Shown: in pieces, positions 1 through 16,211 of the stretch
Position numbering within the stretch: position 1 is the first letter of the stretch
Layout of the letters: every line of letters starts with the position of its first letter
NCBI RefSeq assembly: GCF_009914755.1
Contig: NC_060944.1
From: the human T2T-CHM13v2.0 reference genome, Homo sapiens
Strand: one strand, 5' to 3'
DNA: 64,000 nt
Notes under the pieces: model-generated
Seen by the model: the letters and a program-made list of their open reading frames with translations, nothing else
Told to the model about the DNA's origin: nothing
Databases searched by the model: none
Made by a program: the position numbers and the translations under genes

Positions 1-144
1 AAGTTCCTTGCAGGTGAGAAGATACTCCAATTCTATATCTTCACGTCTTGGGGAAGGAAACACCCAAGTAGTAAATCCATTAATACTGTCCTTACAGGTG
101 AGGTATTCCTGAAAACTGCTTAATTCCCCATAAAAGCATAAAAT

Positions 145-636
145 TGTTTTCTTCTAATCATTTCATCATTTTGGGACTTATATTTAAGTCTTTAATCCAT
201 TTTCAGTTGATTTTTGTACACGGTGAGAGATAAGGATCTAATTTCATTCTTCTGCATATGGATATCCACTTTCCCGAATACCATTTACTGGCAAGACTGT
301 CCTTTCCCCATTGTGTGCTCTTGGCACTTTTGTTGAAAATCCATTGGCTGTAAATGCATGGATTTATTTATGGGTTCTCTATTCTCTTCCATTGGTTTAT
401 GTGTCTATTTAATGCCAGTACCATGCTGCTTTAGTTACTACAGCTATGTACAGTATTTTGAAGTCAGGTAGTGTGATGCCTCCAGCTTTGTTATTTTTGT
501 TCAAGATTGCTTTGGCTATTCAGGGACTTTTGTGATTCCAAACAAATTTTAGGAGTGTTTTTTCTATTTCTGTGAAGATCATCATTGGTATTTTCATAGG
601 GATTACACTGAATCTTTAGATTGCTTTGGGTAGTAT
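145..636 (-). mobile_element. L1 (L1MA-type) inverted 5' segment, ORF2 3' region
   Basis: Antisense L1 hallmarks: TTTAAGTCTTTAATCCAT, GCCAGTACCATGCTG, GTGTGATGCCTCCAGCTTTG. Confidence 0.88.
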
Positions 637-1865
637 AAAACTACTAGAAGAAAACATAGGAGAAAAGCTCCATGACATTGGTCTGGGCAGTGATTTTTTT
701 GGATATGACCTCAAAAGCAAATGGAATTGCATCGAACTAAAAAGCTTCTGCATGGCAAAGGAAACAATCAACAGACTGAAGAGACAACTCACAGAATAAG
801 AGAAAATATCTGCAAACTATACATCTGATAAGGGGTTAATATTCAAACTATATAAGAAGTTCAAGCAATTCTATAGCAAGGAAATAACCTGATTTTAAAA
901 TGAGCAAAAGACTCGAATAGACATTGATCCAAAAAAAAAGACATACAAATGGCCAACGGGTATATGAAAAAATGCTCAGCATCACTAATCATCAGGGAAA
1001 CGCAAATTACAACTACAACAAGATATCATCTCACTCCGTTAGAATGGCTTTCATCAAAATGACGAAAGAGAAGTGTTAGAGAGGATGTGGAGAAGATAGA
1101 ACCCTTATACACTGTTGGTGGAAATGTAAATTAGTACAGACATTATGAAAAACAGTATGGAGGTTCCTCAAAATATTAAAAATAGAACTGCCATATGATC
1201 CAGCAATCTCACTTCTGGGTATATATCCAAAGGAAATAAAATCAATATGTTGAAGAGATATCTGCATTCCCATGTTAGCCAAGATACAAAATCAATCTAA
1301 ATGTCCATCAGTGGATGAATGGATAAAGAAAATGTGGTAAATATACACAATGGAATACCATTCAGCCATATCAAGGATGAAGCCCTGTCACTTGCAACAA
1401 TGTGGATAAACCTGGAGGACATTATGTCAAGCAAAATAAGCCAGGCACAGAAAGACAAACACTGCATGATCTCACTCATATGTGGAATCTAAAAAAAAGT
1501 TGATCTCATAGAAGTAGACAGTAGAATGATGGTACGATTGGCTGGGATGGTTAGCAGGGAGAGGATGGGGGATGGTGGCCAAAAGATACATCATTACAGT
1601 TAGGAGAGAAATAACTTCAAGAGATCTATTGCACAGCATGGTGACTCTAGTTAATGATGATAAATTGTATTCTTGAAAAATGCAAACAGGGTGGATGTTG
1701 TGCTCTCACCACAAAAATGATAACTTTGTGAAGTAATGCATTTGTTAATTAGCTAGATTTAACCATTCTGCAATGTCTATATATGTCAAAACATCATGTT
1801 GTACATGATAAAAACATACAATTTTTTCTGTCGATTTAAAAAAAGAAATAAAACATTAAAATAAA
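634..1865 (+). mobile_element. L1 (L1MA-type) ORF2 3' end, 3' UTR and A-rich tail
   Basis: AAACTACTAGAAGAAAACATAGG, CCATATGATCCAGCAATC, GCATGATCTCACTCATATGTGGAATCT; A-rich end at ~1835-1865. Confidence 0.9.
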
Positions 1866-3001
1866 TTTTTTTAATGTAAATTGGTTTCTCACTCTTCAGA
1901 AATTAGCAGCCTGAGCCCTCACCACAAGACTTCCACATATGTGAAGGGAGCCAAGTCGCTTGTTCAGTTCCTCTCTTTTTAAAAATAATCCCTGTTCTCA
2001 GTATTCCTCCCTGGGAGCACTTTGAAATCTGTCCATCATTTTATCTGGGCATTTTTACACACTATTCACGACACCTCCAAGCAACATTGAACTTCCCTGA
2101 AATTGAGAAAGGCATGGGGAGTGCTGGGTGGGTCCTTGTGCTGGGAGGAACCTTGTTTGGGGGCTTCTCTCTTTGCTCCTGGTGTTGGAAAGATGAAAGG
2201 CCTTATTTCCTGATCAGCACTGGGGACAGGAACCACAGATCAAGTGGACAAGCTCCACCTGCATCAGGCATGGAGGCTTGTCCATAACAGAACCTCAGAA
2301 TTAGGAGCTACAGCATCAGAGGGGCCTTAGCAACATCCATTTTACAGATGAGAAAACTGAGACCCAAAAAAGGGAGCGGGTGCCTGTGGTTTCCTGGGAA
2401 GTTAATGACAGAAGGAGACTGGAATCTAGGGCTCTGAGCTCAAAGAGCTAAAATGACTGATGAATGGAGAGATGGACAGATGCCTGGATGGCACAGAGAC
2501 AGACAGACTCAGGGGATGACTAATTGGCATCTTGGTATAAAATGATGAATGAGGAGAAAGTCTTCTCCCAAGGCTGTGTTGGCCCATGGTTCCAAAACCT
2601 GTCCTGAGACCCCACCCCACCATCTTAAAATTTCCTGCCATGGTTTACAATGGACAAAGAGAGTGAATGGTTGGATCAAACCCAATGCTGACTTGGATGG
2701 AGGAGGGAGGATTAAAGCCTACATACTCTTTATACAGCAAGAGTGCCAGGATCTCATCAGTTCCTCTTCAGTCATTGATCATCCAATGGAAAAATTTGCT
2801 ACAGCTACACTGGAGTGTCTGAGATCATTGAGAGACACCAGCCACAAGGGCTTCCCTGCCTGGCTTGCAGTGAGAGCTCTTTGTTGAACATTTTGAGATT
2901 CAAGGAGGGGTACACCCACATTAATCAGCTCCTTGGTCAGGGTTCAGGCAGAGATGGTAGCTGGATGTGATGCATCAGTTGTCAGAAGCCTTCTGCCCCT
3001 T

Positions 3002-4500
<1,499 letters not shown>

Positions 4501-5019
4501 TATTTACCAACAAAGAACATCTGGCCTTTAGTCCAATTCAAAGCAGAACAAATTATATGGTAGTTGCCTATCATTTCATCTCCCCCATTCTGTTCGTGCT
4601 CCCATCAAAACTTCCTATGACCCCAAACTACACAGCCAGACCTCACTCCAGGGCCTGAGCAGTCAGAGCTGCAAGGCACCCCAAGGGGTACAAGCACTTC
4701 CTGAAACAATTCTACTCTATAACAATACTGGTACTCACCAAGGACACCTTGTGTAAAATAGGAAGCCAGTTGTGGGGAGCAGTGAACATGGAGTCAGAAA
4801 ATCTAGAAGAAGAATCTTGGCTCTACCAATGGTTTGACTCTAGCTGTGTGACCTTGGGCAAGTCACTCAAACTCTCTGTGCTCAGCTCTCTCACATGGTT
4901 TATATTGTGCAGTAAGTGACAAAATCCATCTCAACAGCTTAGCACGGCACCTGGGACATAGTAACCGCTCAGTAAAAATCAGCAAAATGACTGTTTTGTT
5001 GCCATTATTATTAGCATTT

Positions 5020-5400
5020 GACTTAAGATGAGGATAAGGGAACAAATCATTTATTTGGAAGGTAATCCTAGGGGGCACTGGTTAAGGAGAGGCCAAGTAA
5101 TAAAGAGAAAGAAAGAAGCCAGTGAAGGGTGTGTTCTCAAGCCAGTTATCGCTGTCAGCAAATAGAGCTGAACTCCACCAGGGCACCCTGACATCCAGTG
5201 TAGAGTACACACCCCAGAGTTCTCCCACCTGAGGGGTGAGGGAGCTGAGGTATTTATACACCAACTCCCACCAACCATGCCATGAGAGCTGGGGGTGGAT
5301 ACTACTTTCTAGCTTTGGAGAAAGAGATGCAATTGGAAGTCGGCTGGTGCATACTGCAGTGGTAAGGCCCAAAGGATGTGGACAGGGCACACACTGGCAC
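5020..5400. mobile_element. Old ERVL solo LTR (LTR16/LTR33-like)
   Basis: TTTATTTGGAAGGTAATCC...GGAGCTGAGGTATTTATACACCAACTCC motifs shared with the copies at 57.2, 62.5 and 63.5 kb. Confidence 0.5.
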
Positions 5401-6956
5401 CTGCTGCAGAGTCATCATTGCCTATCTGGGGCAATTCACCCAGCTTCTCTGAGCCTCAGTTTTCCATCTATAAAATGGCAGGCATCATATCTGCTTCTCA
5501 GAGTTGGCATGAGGATTTCAGAAAATAATGTTTGTCAAAGCACCTGGCGTGATGCCTGCCACATGGAATTTCAATTTCCTTTCTCCCTTTCTCTTCTCCT
5601 CATTACGCCCTTTCCACATGAAGGGAAAACTTACTTGCTCACAAGCCACACAGAAAATGCCTTTCAGAAGGGCACTTTGTGTTTTACAACATTGTTCTCT
5701 GGCTGCAGAGCACTCCTTCCATATAATATACTCTCAGATGTCCATAATGATCTTGCTAAGTATTCCTTTCTGGAAGGAGGAAGTAGAGGTGCTTTGATAG
5801 TGAGGACGGAGGTTTGTGCCCCCAAGGTATGCTTCATGTCTGTGGTCGCTGTTTTTCGCCCCGACCATGTCAAGGCCCCCTATCTCCAAACAAATTGGTC
5901 AAGATGGAGTCATTCCTAATCTGATGACATCCAGCACTGCCATGTGGTGTAAGCTGCTGAGCTGCTAACAGAGACACTGGTAAGTTGACCCAGAAAGGAG
6001 TCAATCCCTTCTTACTTCCCCCTGCAAAAAAAAAAAAAGAAAGAAAAAGAAAAAGACCATCTCAAAAGGCCCCTGCAGGAAACAGGCCTGCCCGGTGCAA
6101 CCCACCAGCCCATACAGCAGAACAGACGTGGGCCCAGGAGACAAGTGCTTATGTGTGAGCAAGAAGCCACCAGAATACCAACGAGCAGGGAGGTCTCCAT
6201 GCCAGGAAACCCCCACAACGGCTATTTGTTTGGTGTCCTGGGAAAACTGAGCACCAACTGAGGCCTCACGGAGGCATCCAACAGCCGGAATAAATCTGAA
6301 AGAAGTTGACCACGCTGAGACGGACCAGGCTTGGTTACTGACACACAAATAAGTCCAGTTGATTAATAACTACTCTCTGTTTAGAGTTAGCAACGGTCCC
6401 AAAGACTGGCATCTTGCTGCATCCAAAGAGGTGCTTGCTGGCATGGATAAGGCAATAAGAATAAATAAAATTAAGTGGTTTCTTTACACAGGACTTTGCT
6501 AAGAATCTCACATATGGCATCTTGTTGATTTTTCTTGGCAGCCCCAACACAAACATGATCATCTCCATTTTACTGGTAAAAGAAGCCTGAAGCTCAAAGG
6601 GCTTATCAATAATTTGATCATGGTGATATAAAGCCAGTCAACAGGTAAGCCTACACTTACCCACCCATGAAGTCAGCCTTGAAAGAATAATTTTTTTTTA
6701 ATCTACAGTGTTTTCATATACAAGATCTAATGGAAAACAAAGTGTATTTATTATGTTTAGAAGCCAGAATAGTGGTTAACATTGAGGTGAAATGAGGGGT
6801 AACACCCAGGAAGGTGCCAGTATAAGGGACTTTAAGATATGGGCCCTGTACTGCTTCCTGGCCTTGGTGGTGGTTTCACGAAACTCACCTTGTGATAGCA
6901 ATTCACCAAGGTGGACACTTAGTAACCAGTGAATTTTCTTTAAAAAAAAAAAAAAC

Positions 6957-7075
6957 GTAGAGACAAGGTCTGGCTATCTTGCCCAGGTTGGTCTCAAACT
7001 CCTGGCCTCAAGTGATCCTTCCACCTCAGCCTTCCGAAGTGCTGGGATTACAGCCATGAGCCACTGTGTCCAGCC
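6957..7075 (-). mobile_element. Alu left monomer (FLAM-like) with 16-bp TSD
   Basis: Antisense left arm only; TSD AACCAGTGAATTTTCT (6924-6939) / AACTAGTGAATTTTCT (7076-7091). Confidence 0.88.
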
Positions 7076-9378
7076 AACTAGTGAATTTTCTATACTTACA
7101 TTATACTAATGGAAGGATGAGAAAATCACGGCCAGAGGGGGCCAGCTGTCTGTTTTTGTAAATAAAGTTTTCCTGGAGCAGAGCCATTTCTGTGTCGATG
7201 TATTGCCTGTGATTAATAATCCGATCCTCTGCAGAAAAATTTTGCTGATTTCTGTGTACACTGTTCAGAACTTGGTTTGAGCACACATTATATCTAGCTT
7301 TCTGCTTGCGTTTTTCGTAGGCAAACATGTAAATGAGTTTGCAGACTTGAAGAACACAACAAATGACATGAAGGAGAAAGAGCTCTATGTTACCCTGACA
7401 CATTCATTAAAGAAGTTATACGGTCATTAATAAAAACACAGATGATCCAATGAGAATGTAAATAAGGAAATTAGGATAAACTGAAGAAAATTAAGAGCAA
7501 AGAGAAAGACAGGTATAACAGAAATCATCTTACTTAAAATTACTAAGATTTGGCTGCAACTTTGACTCAGAGTTTCATGGATACCCAAGCAAAATTGGTA
7601 AGACACTCAACCCAGACGCTCCAAATGCCAAGGAACCAAGCAGAGCTTCAAACTTCCTCTCCAGAATCCACAGAGCATCCAAGCCTGTGCACACAACTGA
7701 AAGCTGGCTGTTCCTGATTTTTTTTTAAAAGCACCTTTTCCCCATTTTTCCTGCAAAAAAGCAACTCATTTTTTGCTCTGATGGGCAAAAAAACCCTCAG
7801 GAGCCTAACTTTTGCCAACTGCCATGTGGCACTGCCCATTCCCATCTGGGCTGGCTGGCACAGACCACAGCGAGCAGAACAGAGGGCCCAGGAGGGTCCT
7901 CAGATCGTGGCTACATCACAATGACCTACTTGGGATTAGAACAACATTTTAGAGCATAACAGCGTTTTATGGGTCATAAATATTGCACAGATGTTCCTTA
8001 TTTACACAGACTCGATAGATTATTATTGCAACATTACCATGCTAATATGGTGATTCCTGTTTTCGAAACTGGCGGGCAAGAAGCAGGGAAATGTAATTAA
8101 ACAAGTATGGTGCACATTTTAGGAGGTTGTTCAGTAAAACAAAATAAAAACACACACTAAAACTGCTACCTCTTATTCAATTTTATTCCACAACTGACTC
8201 TCGATGGCAAGAGTTAAACTTTTCACAAAATAGCATTAGCTGGGATTGGAGAATAATAACTTAAATAACAGCAATGGCAGTAACAAACAGCTAGCATTGA
8301 ATGTGTGCTTACTACGTGTTTTATACATGCATTAACTCACTTAATGCTCAGAACAACCTTATAACGTGGATCTTATAACTATGCCCCTTTGACAAATAAG
8401 GAAACTGAGGCAGAGGTGGCCAAGCAATTTCCCAGAGTCAGAAATCTTTTCTCAGTGGAACCAGCATCTGACTTCAAAGTCCATGTTCTGGTAATAACCA
8501 CACAACAAGCAAAGACTTACTGACAGCTTTCTGCAAAAGCAAAGGCTACTCTGTGCGGTCCCATCCTGGGCCACTAAAGCACACAACGATCAATGCCCCA
8601 ACACATAACATCACCTCTTTGAAGACAAAGAATGGAAGGTCGGTCTCCATGGTCCATCACTCTGGAGGCAGCAAGGAGTCAAGCTTCCAGGATCTGGTCT
8701 GGGGCTGCCTGGCTCCCCTTCCCTTCAGCCACACCAGTCAGTCACCCATGGTTCCAACCACACCAAAGGGTTTGGCTTTTCATGATGACCCGCTGGACAG
8801 CAGCTTGGCTCAGGCTGCTCTTCTGTCTGCTCCCCATCTCACTACTCATAGCCAAGCATCATTTCCTGCCAGAAACCATCCCTGGCTCCAGCCAAGTGAG
8901 GCTGCTCCTTGCAGCAGCGTCTTACACCTACCATCTCCGTATGGTGATAGCCAACATGCCCATCTGTCTCCCCAAACCAGACGGTGAGCTCCTTGAGGAC
9001 AGAAATGATCTTTCAGGTATCCCTTGCTGGTGAATCCACAGTGACCAACCCAGAGAAGGAACTCAGCAAAATGGTGAACCAGAAGAACTGGCTAGGAAGA
9101 GAGCGGAGATAGCTGCAAGGATGCCCTGCTAGGAACTGTGGCAATCCTTACAAAAGTTTGCCCTGAAACAATCAGCATCCTCTTAGCAATTTTTGAGTCT
9201 CCAAAATAAACATCTGTGGTCAACAATGAAATGCACAGAGTGCTCACTTTTTGACAGTCCGTTCTATAACACAAATCTTGCTTGGAGGCCAGCCACATTC
9301 ACCCTTAATCCTAGGTGTGATCACATGAAAGTGTTCACGTGGTCCACGCAGTACAACTGGGAAGTAAAGAACAGGCTG

Positions 9379-9716
<338 letters not shown>

Positions 9717-10631
9717 TCATACACATTATTTGGATAGTTCCGTGGCTCCTGCACTGGACTGGTTCCCTCAGGGGAAAAATTATCCAAAGATATATACACC
9801 GACAGCACATCTATCTCATGTGTGTGTCTTTGTGTGCATAGAAAGAAGTGGAGAGGAGAGGGAGATATGAACACATCCGTTCCTCAACCTCTCCTTTACG
9901 AAATGTGTTCCTAAAAATGAGTTGCAAATTGAATGTTTAAAATTTGGACTATACAGATCCTTGCGTGCTATAAGGGTAGAGCAGAAGAGGGTATACATGG
10001 GAGGACGACTTCTAAAAACCATGAAATTTTACCTTTGGTATATATGTTTCATTTTCTTACCCCCTGAGTGTCATGCAATGTACTGATGATTATTTGGGAT
10101 TATTTAAAATATTAAGAAATAAATTAAGTTACAAATGATAAACTTAATTTTGGAAAGTCCTACCTTAAATTCCAATTATCTCAGCTTACTGAAAATACAA
10201 TTCATGCAAAGGAGAAAACGAGTTTGCTGTTAGGGACAAGGATGTGCTGGCACAGATATAGCAGAGGATTCGGCACTGGCTTCCACTCCTTCATGCAGTC
10301 TTTCAACATTTGTAGAGCACCCAGTACATGCCAGGTGCTTTCTAGGTAGCAAGCAAGAGAGAATTGCTTCTTTAAGTGCTTTCTCCCCATTACATTCAAA
10401 TGGGAGAAGCAAACTAAGTAAATAACCAAATAAATAAATACTTGGAGATAGCTGATACCATTAACCTATTAACACACCCAAGCTTATGTGGACAGAAAGT
10501 GAAGGAAAGATATTTGAGCTGAGTTGGAAAGAAGGCACGTCCCAAGTAGAGGGAACAACTAGAGCCAAGGTCTTGAGGGAGACAGAGGTGTTGACTATAC
10601 GAGAAGAGAAAAAAAGGCCAAGGTAACTAAC

Positions 10632-10965
10632 ACAGTGCCCACAAACCTTTTCTGTAGAGGGCTAAATAGTAGAGACTTTAGCCTTTGCAGGGCATACGGT
10701 TTCTGTTGCAACTACCAAACTGCACCATTGCATGAAAGCAACCATAAATAATATGGAAATGAATGGGCAGGGCTCTGCTCCAATATAACATTTTTATGAA
10801 TGTTGAAATTTGAATTTCATAGAATCTTTGAGTACTACAAAATACCCTCCTTTTGATTCACTATCTACCATTTAAAGATGTAAAAACCTTTCTTAGTTCA
10901 CAGGCCATACAAAAACAGGCAGCAGGCCAGATCTGGCCCATGGGACACAGTTTTCTGGCTCCTAG
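10632..10965. mobile_element. MER58-like hAT DNA transposon relic
   Basis: CAAACCTTTTCTGTAGAGGGC...AAAAACAGGCAGCAGGCCAGATCTGGCCCATGGG. Confidence 0.7.
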
Positions 10966-10986
10966 GCTAAACTCAGTCAAGTAAGC

Positions 10987-11658
<672 letters not shown>

Positions 11659-11929
11659 TAAGTGAATGGCAGAAGAGGGGATAAAAGACAGTATCAGGAG
11701 CTAGAAGCAACAGTTTCGGCTTGGGGCTTTATTCTACGTGCAAGTGGAGCAATTTAAAATGGGAGAGATATGGTCTGACTTACGTTTTTAAAAAATTACT
11801 TTGGCAGTTGAGTGGCAATTCTGATGATGTCATCAACTTCCTTGAAAAAAATGTGTCAACAGGGAATGGAACACTATCCTCTTGATCAAGCAGTCTGGAG
11901 CAAACCATCTTCCCCTCAAAAGCTCTACG

Positions 11930-12369
<440 letters not shown>

Positions 12370-13492
12370 CTATGGATCTGTAGATTTCTCTCTGTATTTG
12401 AATCACTGAAGGCTTTATTTTTCTTTAATGCTGATTGTCTGTCCACAATTTTAAAGATTTCCTCATTTTCTTCCATCACTAAACATGGCCTTGGAGACAC
12501 GATGTCTTAGGTTACATTTTCAGGATTTCATGTGTGTTCTTTCATTTTATTTTCCTTTCACAAGTGAAGTCATCTGACCAGTAACCAATTGAAGTTAAAT
12601 AGTCAATACTGTCTGTACATCTGACAGACTCTATCCTTGCCTCAAATGTATTACCATGAGTACCGGCATTTTCACATTTCCATTTTCTACTCATTTTTAT
12701 AATGTAAGAAAAAACTGGAGAAAAATTCAATCACAGCTGTACAGATAAGGGGGGTAAGAGAGAAAAACTGGCCTCATGGCTGGCAGACATCAGAGTACAA
12801 TGGCTTCAAATGGTTTTGTAAAGTCCAAATTCAACACCGGGGTTATAAATGAATAATAATAAAGAAAAGTGTGGTTTCTCCCTTCCCATCAATTCTGCCC
12901 TATATGAGAGGAAAGGCTGTCAGGGACTTGGTCCTTTTAGGCTTCCCTGTGTTTCTCTGACTACCCCTCCTGAATCCCAGTTTCCAGTGTCCTGTCAAGA
13001 GCCTGACTTGACCTGTTTATTGGTTCATAGACTGTGCCTGGCATCTTGACATTCAACTTAGTCTAGCAGCCTAGCTCCAGCTAACCATGCCCCAGCAGAG
13101 AGGGAGTGCCGTCATGTTAGTCAAGTCAGAAAAGCCTTTACTCTTGACAGGTTTGGACCTCTTAAAAATCCAAAGGCATTCAACCCTTGTTAGCCTGGAC
13201 AAGATACAACTCTGGCTCCCTCAACTGTCATAAGAAATAGATAATGACAACTTCTTAGACATACAGCAACAAAGAAAGGAAGTCATGCATTTCAAACTCT
13301 CTTCAAGACACTTAATAAATTAACCAAGGTAAATAAGTAACCAGATCAAATCTATCAGAATTTTTCATCTCCCAATTTCAGTCTCTTAGTTAAATTTCAA
13401 CCCATCCTATGTCCATAGAAGTGAAGCCTTCTGTAACAAGGCTCTGAATAATGCAAAAAAAAAGAGGTGGGGTGGGAGTTAAGATGTGATTC

Positions 13493-14074
13493 TGTGACAG
13501 CTATAGTCTAAAATGGCCCCAATGATCTTCACCTCCCAGTACTCACATCCTTATATAATCCCTTCCCCTTGAATGTGGCTAGACTAGTGACTAGCTTCTA
13601 AGCAACAGAGCATGGTAAAGGTGACGGGATATCATTTATGTGATTAGGCTACATAAGATGATGACTTCTGTCCTGCTACAGAAGTAGCAAGAATATAGCA
13701 GATTGTCTCCCTTGCTCAGGAAATGGGGCAAGCCCACATATGTTAGAAAGGTCCATGTGGCAAGAAACTGAGGGTGGCTTCTGGCCAACAGCCCCCTCAA
13801 GGAGCTAAAATGCTTAGTCCAGCAGCCTGCAAGAAACTCAATGCTGCCAACAACTATATGAGGTTGGAAACAGATCCTTCCCTATGGAGCCTTCATATGA
13901 GATCACACCCCTGGCCAACACCTTGACTACAGCCTTATGACAGATGTTAAAAGCAAAGAACTCAGTTAAGCTGTGCTCAGAGACTACTGACCCACAGAAA
14001 CTGTGAGACAATAAATGTGTGTTAAGTGGCTAACTTTGTGGTAATTGGTCACGCAGCAACAGTTAACTAGTACA
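13493..14074 (+). mobile_element. MLT1 (E/F/G-like) MaLR solo LTR
   Basis: AAAATGGCCCCAATGATC...AATAAATGTGTG...GCAGCAACAGTTAACTAGTACA; TG...CA ends. Confidence 0.8.
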
Positions 14075-15726
14075 GGGTCCAACTTGTCGTTTCAGTTTGA
14101 ATTGCTCAAGTCATCCTAATCCAGGAGTCACATGTTGTCAAGTCTCTGCACACCTCTCGCTGCATTATCATAAGCTTTCATGAATTTAAAAGAACAGATT
14201 AGAGGTTGATTTCTTCTAAAGAACCACTACAGTAAACCAGTCTCAATCCCTTTCTTCCAGCAAAGGGACATCATCAATTGCCACATCTTCCCCTTTGATG
14301 CAAATGACAAAGAGGAAAATCAAACCATGTCATTGCCATCTCTGAGTCCAGGAGAAAGAGATAATGACAGCACCTGGCCTGTCTTGCCTCACATCAGGAA
14401 TGCAGTGAGATGGTTCTGAGCCATGGACTTTCCCAGACCATTTGAATGAGACTGACATCATGAGGAAGGGGGTATCCTCTGGTTGGGAATCCTCTAGTGG
14501 CTGTATCATTATTTTCTATTAAAGCCCCTATTGCATAGGAATTTTTTCCCATGCTGATATGAATCTCTCATGGAAAATAAAAGTTATTTTTAACTATGAG
14601 CCTCAGGCTATAAATTCATTCTCCCTAAAGAGTTAGGATCAAGCAAAATCAAAGAAGTTAGAGGAAGGAGAGAAGAACACATCCTGGAGTGACTTGGCCA
14701 CACCTGCAAACCATGTGCCCTGCCCCACAACTGTCCTCTGAATGCTCTTCTGGGACCTCTTCCCTCTCCCTTTTACCTGTGCCCCTTTTTATGTATTTCC
14801 TCCTACATGCTCATCCCACCGTGCCTTCATTCAACCTGCTCCTAAGAAAACTTGACTTTAAGACAGTAAGAGCTTTCCAACTAGCTAAGGTTGATTCTTC
14901 AATTCAATGTACTACTCCAAATACTTCAATCCAGAGTTCATTAGGTTGAAGGCATCATGCTAACCCCCACAGCAGACATGTGAACAGCTGTGTCTGCAAA
15001 GCCTTTAAAAATGATCCACAAACTTCCCTGCCTTCTTCCATTATAGAATGGGGCCAGAGTGCGCACCCCAGGTTCAAAACCTAAAAAGCAGGTTTCAGGC
15101 CTTGCCCCAACCCTCAGTTCTTGTGCAGCCTTGGGTTGGTCCTCTAAACCATCTAAGATCCAGCTTCCTATCTGCAAAAGCATCAGAAGACTTGTTGAAA
15201 GCAAGGATTAAAATGGAATGGTATGCCTGAAAATACTCTAAAAAGAGTCACTGCGATTAGGGCAAACAATTTCACCTTTTCTTATAACTCAAAGTTATCC
15301 ATAAAATAATCGGTTATCGTACTGGGAGCCCACATCTATTTTTTCTCCTCCTGACATTATCATTGTCATGACTGCCACTACATCTTCAGTAAAGCAATAA
15401 GGTGGGACCTTTGGGGTCTTCCAAGGAGAAAAGCATGCTTGGCCCTCATACCTAGCAGCTGCAACTACTGAGTTGATTGAGCTTTCATCACTGCTTTTTA
15501 CATTTATACCTCCTAATTCAACACTGGGGGTTATAAATGTAGCAACAGTTAACTAACACAGGGTCCAAACTGTCATTTCAATTCGAATTTCTCAAGTCAT
15601 CCTAATCCAAGAGTCACATGCTGTCAACTCTCTGCACAATTCTCACTGTATTATCATAAGCTTTCATAAATTTAAAAGGATAGGTTACAGGTTGATTTCT
15701 TCTAAAGAACCACTACCGTAAACCAA
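14055..15726 (+). repeat. Diverged ~185-bp direct duplication (14055-14239 and 15541-15726)
   Basis: Colinear alignment by eye, e.g. CTCAAGTCATCCTAATCC, TTATCATAAGCTTTCAT and AGGTTGATTTCTTCTAAAGAACCACTAC in both copies. Confidence 0.92.
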
Positions 15727-16162
15727 TATCCCTCCTCTTCTCTAGTAATGAGGTCATCACCATCTTTATTTATCAGCACTGCAAGCATGCCTCCCTGAAG
15801 CAGCCTTCTCCCTCCTTCTAAACCTTCTGAGCTTAGAAATCAAATAAAAACTTGCTAGAATTGTAGGTAAAGTAAGAGCTGCTGGCCACTGAAGGAGAGA
15901 CTAAGGGCTCTCCTCTGGAGGAAAAAACAAGAGCTTTGTGTGTTTAATATCTCTTTGGTGGCTCAGAGGCTCTTTAGCTTCTTTCTAGGTTCCACGCAGT
16001 GCATTAGAAGGCAAGTCTTCTATTTACACAATGTCTGGTATATAGTTACCATTTCCTATTTCTATCTAGGATCTCACCTGGTGCCCACCCACCGGTGTTG
16101 ATGTGTATCTGCATGTCTAATACACAACAGCAATGAGACCATGGGCATTCCACTCTTAAATT

Positions 16163-16211
16163 AGGAATTTCCCCCGTATATATACTCGATATATATACGG
16201 GGGAAATTCCT
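16163..16211. repeat. Perfect 22-bp inverted repeat with 5-nt spacer
   Basis: AGGAATTTCCCCCGTATATATA-CTCGA-TATATATACGGGGGAAATTCCT. Confidence 0.95.

Noticed and set aside
1076-1479. Short ORFs inside L1
   Set aside because: Antisense frames of a decayed L1; ORF2 is truncated and disrupted, so the element is inactive.
5236-5919. 227-aa ORF
   Set aside because: Non-ATG start, runs through LTR and MIR relics, no recognisable protein features, antisense within an intron.
7412-7520. A-rich stretch resembling a processed pseudogene or L1 piece
   Set aside because: No recognisable parent gene, ORF, TSD or poly-A; cannot be assigned without a search.
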